A model generated the notes under the pieces. That model was not told where the DNA came from and made no database searches. It was given only the letters and a program-made list of their open reading frames with translations. A program made the position numbers and the translations under genes. From Bacteroidota bacterium (lineage in GTDB: Bacteria > Bacteroidota > Bacteroidia > UBA8524): a DNA stretch of 64,000 nucleotides. This document shows positions 60,268 to 64,000 of this stretch, one piece after another; the first letter of the stretch is position 1; the number at the start of each line of letters is the position of its first letter. Location of the stretch: contig SBGR01000026.1 of NCBI GenBank assembly GCA_006226545.1, positions 201 through 64,200 on the forward strand, in the 5' to 3' direction.

Positions 60268-61962
60268 ATGTACGACATTCTTACCTTGAATGACATGCTC
60301 GTGTCCGAGCTTCGTGATTTAGCCGAGCAGCTCGCGCTAAAAGACTACAAAGACCTGAAAAAACAGGATCTCATTTACAAAATTTTAGAACATCAGGCAG
60401 TAACTACTCCGGCCCCTAAACCGGAGAAAAAACGTCAGCCTAAAGGCCGTTCAAAAGATTCAGCAGCAGAAAACAAAACTGAAGAAGTGAAGTCTGAACC
60501 GGAAGCCAAAGAAGAGGCTCCCAAAAAAGGCAGAAAACGTAAAACTGCAGAAGCTCCTGCTGAAGCAAAGGCAGAAGAGCCGGTAGCAGAAAAAGAGGCG
60601 CCTAAAGCGGAAGAAGAAAAAGAGGTATCTAGCGAAAGACCTGAACGTCGCGAACGCAGAGATCGTCGTTCGGATAGCCGCGAAGAGCGTGAGCCGCGCC
60701 AAGAACGCGAACCTCGTCAGGAGCGTGAGCCTCGTCAAGAACGTGAGCCGCGCCAAGAACGTGAACCACGTCAGGAGCGCGAAAACCGCAATGACCGTGG
60801 CGACAAAGACAAACGCAGCATTGAAGCCGCTTTAGCATACGCTGAGCTGGAAGGTGCTGTTACCAATATTGGAGTGCTTGAAATCATCCAAGACGGATAC
60901 GGATTCTTGCGTTCTTCCGATTACAATTACATGCCTTCACCGGATGATGTATACGTTTCTCCACAACAAATTAAGAGCTACGGCTTAAAGACTGGCGATA
61001 CCGTGCAGGGAACGATTCGCCCGCCTAAGGAGAATGAAAAGTACTTTGCGCTCATCAAAATTGAAAGCATAAACGGTAAAGACCCGGCTGAAGTGCGTGA
61101 CCGTGTTTCATTTGAACACTTAACACCGTTGTTCCCGGATGAGAAGTTTAACCTTTTCAATGGAGCAACAAACTACTCTACCCGCGTTATCGACTTGGTT
61201 TCCCCAATCGGTAAAGGTCAGCGTGGTTTGATCGTGGCTCAGCCTAAAACCGGTAAAACCACTTTATTGAAAGACGTAGCGAATGCCATCGCTGCTAACC
61301 ACCCTGAAGCCTACCTCATTATCCTTTTGGTAGATGAGCGTCCGGAGGAGGTTACCGATATGGCCCGTAACGTAAAAGCTGAAGTTATCGCTTCAACGTT
61401 TGATGAGCCGGCAGACAAACACGTGAAGCTCGCCAATATCGTTTTGGAGAAAGCAAAACGTATGACTGAGTGTGGACACGATGTAGTGATTCTATTGGAT
61501 TCCATCACCCGTTTGGCTCGTGCCTTCAATACCGTGCAACCGGCTTCAGGAAAAATCCTTTCCGGTGGTGTAGACGCTAACGCTTTGCATAAGCCAAAAC
61601 GTTTCTTCGGTGCCGCACGTAAGATTGAAAACGGTGGTTCATTAACCATTATCGCCACTGCTTTGATCGATACCGGATCTAAGATGGACGAGGTAATCTT
61701 TGAAGAATTTAAAGGTACCGGTAACATGGAATTGCAGTTAGACAGAAAGCTTTCCAACAAGCGTATCTACCCTGCTATCGATGTATTGGCTTCAAGCACA
61801 CGTCGTGAAGACTTGTTAATGGACAAAGCCATCCTTCAAAAAGTATGGGTATTGCGTAATCACCTTGCCGACATGAACAGCGAGGAAGCGATGAATACCT
61901 TGTTGAAATACATGGAAGGCACCCGCAGCCAGGAAGAGTTTATCGTAGCGATGAACGGATAA
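60268..61962 (+). CDS. rho: Transcription termination factor Rho with long N-terminal insertion
   Basis: [40 protein letters not shown]. Confidence 0.99.
   Translation: MYDILTLNDMLVSELRDLAEQLALKDYKDLKKQDLIYKILEHQAVTTPAPKPEKKRQPKGRSKDSAAENKTEEVKSEPEAKEEAPKKGRKRKTAEAPAEAKAEEPVAEKEAPKAEEEKEVSSERPERRERRDRRSDSREEREPRQEREPRQEREPRQEREPRQEREPRQERENRNDRGDKDKRSIEAALAYAELEGAVTNIGVLEIIQDGYGFLRSSDYNYMPSPDDVYVSPQQIKSYGLKTGDTVQGTIRPPKENEKYFALIKIESINGKDPAEVRDRVSFEHLTPLFPDEKFNLFNGATNYSTRVIDLVSPIGKGQRGLIVAQPKTGKTTLLKDVANAIAANHPEAYLIILLVDERPEEVTDMARNVKAEVIASTFDEPADKHVKLANIVLEKAKRMTECGHDVVILLDSITRLARAFNTVQPASGKILSGGVDANALHKPKRFFGAARKIENGGSLTIIATALIDTGSKMDEVIFEEFKGTGNMELQLDRKLSNKRIYPAIDVLASSTRREDLLMDKAILQKVWVLRNHLADMNSEEAMNTLLKYMEGTRSQEEFIVAMNG
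60685..60783 (+). repeat. In-frame 18-bp tandem repeat encoding (EREPRQ)x5.5
   Basis: Five full units starting at 60685, 60703, 60721, 60739 and 60757, differing only at synonymous positions. Confidence 0.95.
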
Positions 61963-61983
61963 TCCGGCTCTATATTTTTAGCG

Positions 61984-62020
61984 AATCCCGATCTGAATCA
62001 GGTCGGGATTTTTTATTTTT
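61984..62020 (+). terminator. Intrinsic terminator after rho
   Basis: Inverted repeat AATCCCGATCT...AGGTCGGGATT followed by a T-tract. Confidence 0.8.
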
Positions 62021-62025
62021 ATACC

Positions 62026-62961
62026 ATGAACCTGCGAATCCTTCTATCGCTTTCCATTTTTCTACCCAACATCTTGTTTTCACAAACAAGCTACTTCGCT
62101 AAAACAGGAACATTTTCAGCCCAAAGTTTTCAGAAAACACTTCTACAAGACTTTGCCGAATCACTTCTCGCTAAGGGAACAGAAGGCAGCATCAAACTAT
62201 ACGATTCTGCCAACCACCCCCTAGACCCGACAAAATACACAGAGACCTTCTGCGGTAAACAGGAAGCCCTGATTATAAATCCGGCAAACCCTGATGATCC
62301 TTACGATTTGGTCAGTGCCACGTATTATGAGTTCGTAGATCCACAAATTTGGAGCTCCATCACGGCCACGGCTTCCGGACTTTGGATTAGGCCTTTTGAA
62401 ACTAAATCCTATTTACTTAGAGAATCGGAATTGGCTATCGTTAAAAATGCCAAAATCATTCACCTAGCCTTATTAGCAGATACCAGCCACAGAAGCGTTA
62501 ACCTCAGCATGCAGAACTACTACAATTCCATAGTTCAAAAATTATACGTTGCACTGATGGAGCAGCGCATCAGCTACTCGCTTTGCGATACAACTTATTG
62601 GGAAAAATACGATGCAAGGCAACTCGTTGCCGTTCGTACAGTAAAACAAATTATCAATCCCGAAAACCCAAATGATCCCTACGACTTAATCGATACTGTT
62701 ATACTAAACCTTGATTCTGTTCCTGATTTTAAAAAACTCTTTTTCTATTCGGCCATTTCAGAAACGGATACCCGTTTAATCGGCCTGGGATTTCATACCA
62801 TGTACCTAACTCACTATTCATTTTGTCATGAAGTTCTACCTCCTATCTGGATACGACCGGATGAACTTCAAACAGTGCTGTCTGCAGAGGAAACCGAAGC
62901 CCTTAAATACTTGTACCTCTGGAGCCTAATTCGAGATAATACAGACAATGAATCTCATTAA
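62026..62961 (+). CDS. Exported protein, distantly GldN-like, with two NPxNPxDPYDL motifs
   Basis: Signal peptide; IINPANPDDPYDL and IINPENPNDPYDL internal duplication. Confidence 0.6.
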   Translation: MNLRILLSLSIFLPNILFSQTSYFAKTGTFSAQSFQKTLLQDFAESLLAKGTEGSIKLYDSANHPLDPTKYTETFCGKQEALIINPANPDDPYDLVSATYYEFVDPQIWSSITATASGLWIRPFETKSYLLRESELAIVKNAKIIHLALLADTSHRSVNLSMQNYYNSIVQKLYVALMEQRISYSLCDTTYWEKYDARQLVAVRTVKQIINPENPNDPYDLIDTVILNLDSVPDFKKLFFYSAISETDTRLIGLGFHTMYLTHYSFCHEVLPPIWIRPDELQTVLSAEETEALKYLYLWSLIRDNTDNESH

Positions 62962-63016
62962 GTACTTCCACGATCACAATTTCGTTATCTTACTGTTTAC
63001 TAAACACCTAAGCACC

Positions 63017-63964
63017 ATGAAAAAAATACTTTTACTCTGTATTGGCTTTGGGTTCCTAACTACGACTCAAGCATCTGAAGACAGCAAACTGCCGGTGTAT
63101 ACACTGGAAAAGGACGTTAAAAACGCCGGCCTCTACTACTACCAAAAATGCGCTAAAGAGCTAGATGCTCAGCTCATCGATGCAAAAATCAAAATCTACA
63201 GTGATGCCGAAATGAAAAAACAAGTATCGGCAACTGACTACAAGAAGCAGACTTTGATGCCCTATACCTATCAATTCATTGATCCGACAACGCCTTTAGA
63301 CCCTTACAATTTGGTTGATTCTGTGGTTTACTTGAACAAGGCCTTGGAACAAGCACTATACTGGAAATGGAATGAGAAATCAATTGAAGTTAAAATCAAT
63401 ACCCTTGATGGACTCAAAGTTTACTATTTAGCGGAGAAGTCTGCCTCCTCTGAAATCAACAACAAAGACGGACTAAATCTTCTCAAACTCTACAGTCAGT
63501 GGTACGGCGAAGTTACCATTGCTGTATTGAGCGATAAGTCGGTTGATTTTATGCAAAAAATGGGCAGCCGTTTCTATACACCCGGAAAAAATTGCTACGC
63601 CGATACAGACAAAAAAATCTCGGTTGACGCTAATGCGCTATGGGATACCAGCACCTATTATGCAGGTACTCCCAACGAAGTAGACGTAGTTCATCACCCG
63701 GCAACAGCACAGTCTATTAATGGATGGGTATTCCTGTATGAAAGCGAAACCGATAGCAAAGAAGGCGAAGTAGAATTTGAGCTCAACATGGTGGCTCCAA
63801 CCTTTGAAATCAGCAAATTCAATAAATACCATACTTGGTACTGGGAAGAATCGGCCGATACCCGCAAACGTTTTAACGACTTGGAATGGTCGGCTTTAAC
63901 CGCCATCCAGAGTTATAGCATTTACAAGAAGGTTTACAATTACTTCGATCATTCAAGCATGTAA
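63017..63964 (+). CDS. Exported protein, distantly GldN-like, probable paralog of the upstream gene
   Basis: Start MKKILLL; KIKIYSD, FIDPTTPLDPYNL, NMVAP...WYW segment. Confidence 0.6.
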   Translation: MKKILLLCIGFGFLTTTQASEDSKLPVYTLEKDVKNAGLYYYQKCAKELDAQLIDAKIKIYSDAEMKKQVSATDYKKQTLMPYTYQFIDPTTPLDPYNLVDSVVYLNKALEQALYWKWNEKSIEVKINTLDGLKVYYLAEKSASSEINNKDGLNLLKLYSQWYGEVTIAVLSDKSVDFMQKMGSRFYTPGKNCYADTDKKISVDANALWDTSTYYAGTPNEVDVVHHPATAQSINGWVFLYESETDSKEGEVEFELNMVAPTFEISKFNKYHTWYWEESADTRKRFNDLEWSALTAIQSYSIYKKVYNYFDHSSM

Positions 63965-63986
63965 CGAAACCAGCATACTAGAAAAA

Positions 63987-64000
63987 GCGCCTTCGGGCGC
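63987..64000 (+). terminator. Hairpin with UUCG tetraloop (truncated by window end)
   Basis: GCGCC-TTCG-GGCGC preceded by an A-tract. Confidence 0.6.

Noticed and set aside
60685..60783. Tandem repeats as a possible CRISPR array
   Set aside because: No spacers; in-frame 18-bp coding repeat within rho; no cas genes in the window.
61311..61760. 149-aa antisense ORF in rho
   Set aside because: Typical reverse-frame shadow of a codon-biased gene.

Overview
Gene-dense chromosomal segment of a free-living Bacteroidota bacterium, judged from TAnnTTTG -7 promoter boxes, four type IX secretion (T9SS) cargo proteins and a Rho with a long N-terminal insertion. Left to right: an AT-rich HipBA-type toxin-antitoxin pair abutting the 3' end of mnmE (possible island edge); a carotenoid/peroxidase mini-operon (cruF-like, gpx, crtZ); envelope genes (OmpA-domain, L,D-transpeptidase, waaA); a ~15 kb Wzx/Wzy surface-polysaccharide locus ending in an uncharacterised nucleotidyltransferase; ABC-F and pdxJ; the RDD/SpoIIM/DUF4129/DUF4350/MoxR/DUF58 cluster; an MbnP-like protein with a T9SS tail plus two di-heme MbnH-like lipoproteins; paaBCD; two large T9SS cargos separated by a 6S-like structured RNA; a divergent geranylgeranyl reductase / DGGGP-synthase-like pair; ppx, a candidate sRNA, asnS with a coiled-coil insertion, rpoN, paaG; an Fnr-type regulator with usp-like, ccoI and ccoS genes; rho; and two GldN-like genes sharing a repeated DPYDL motif. 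No rRNA, tRNA, CRISPR array, integrase or transposase was recognised. All calls come from motif recognition by eye; no database searches were run.
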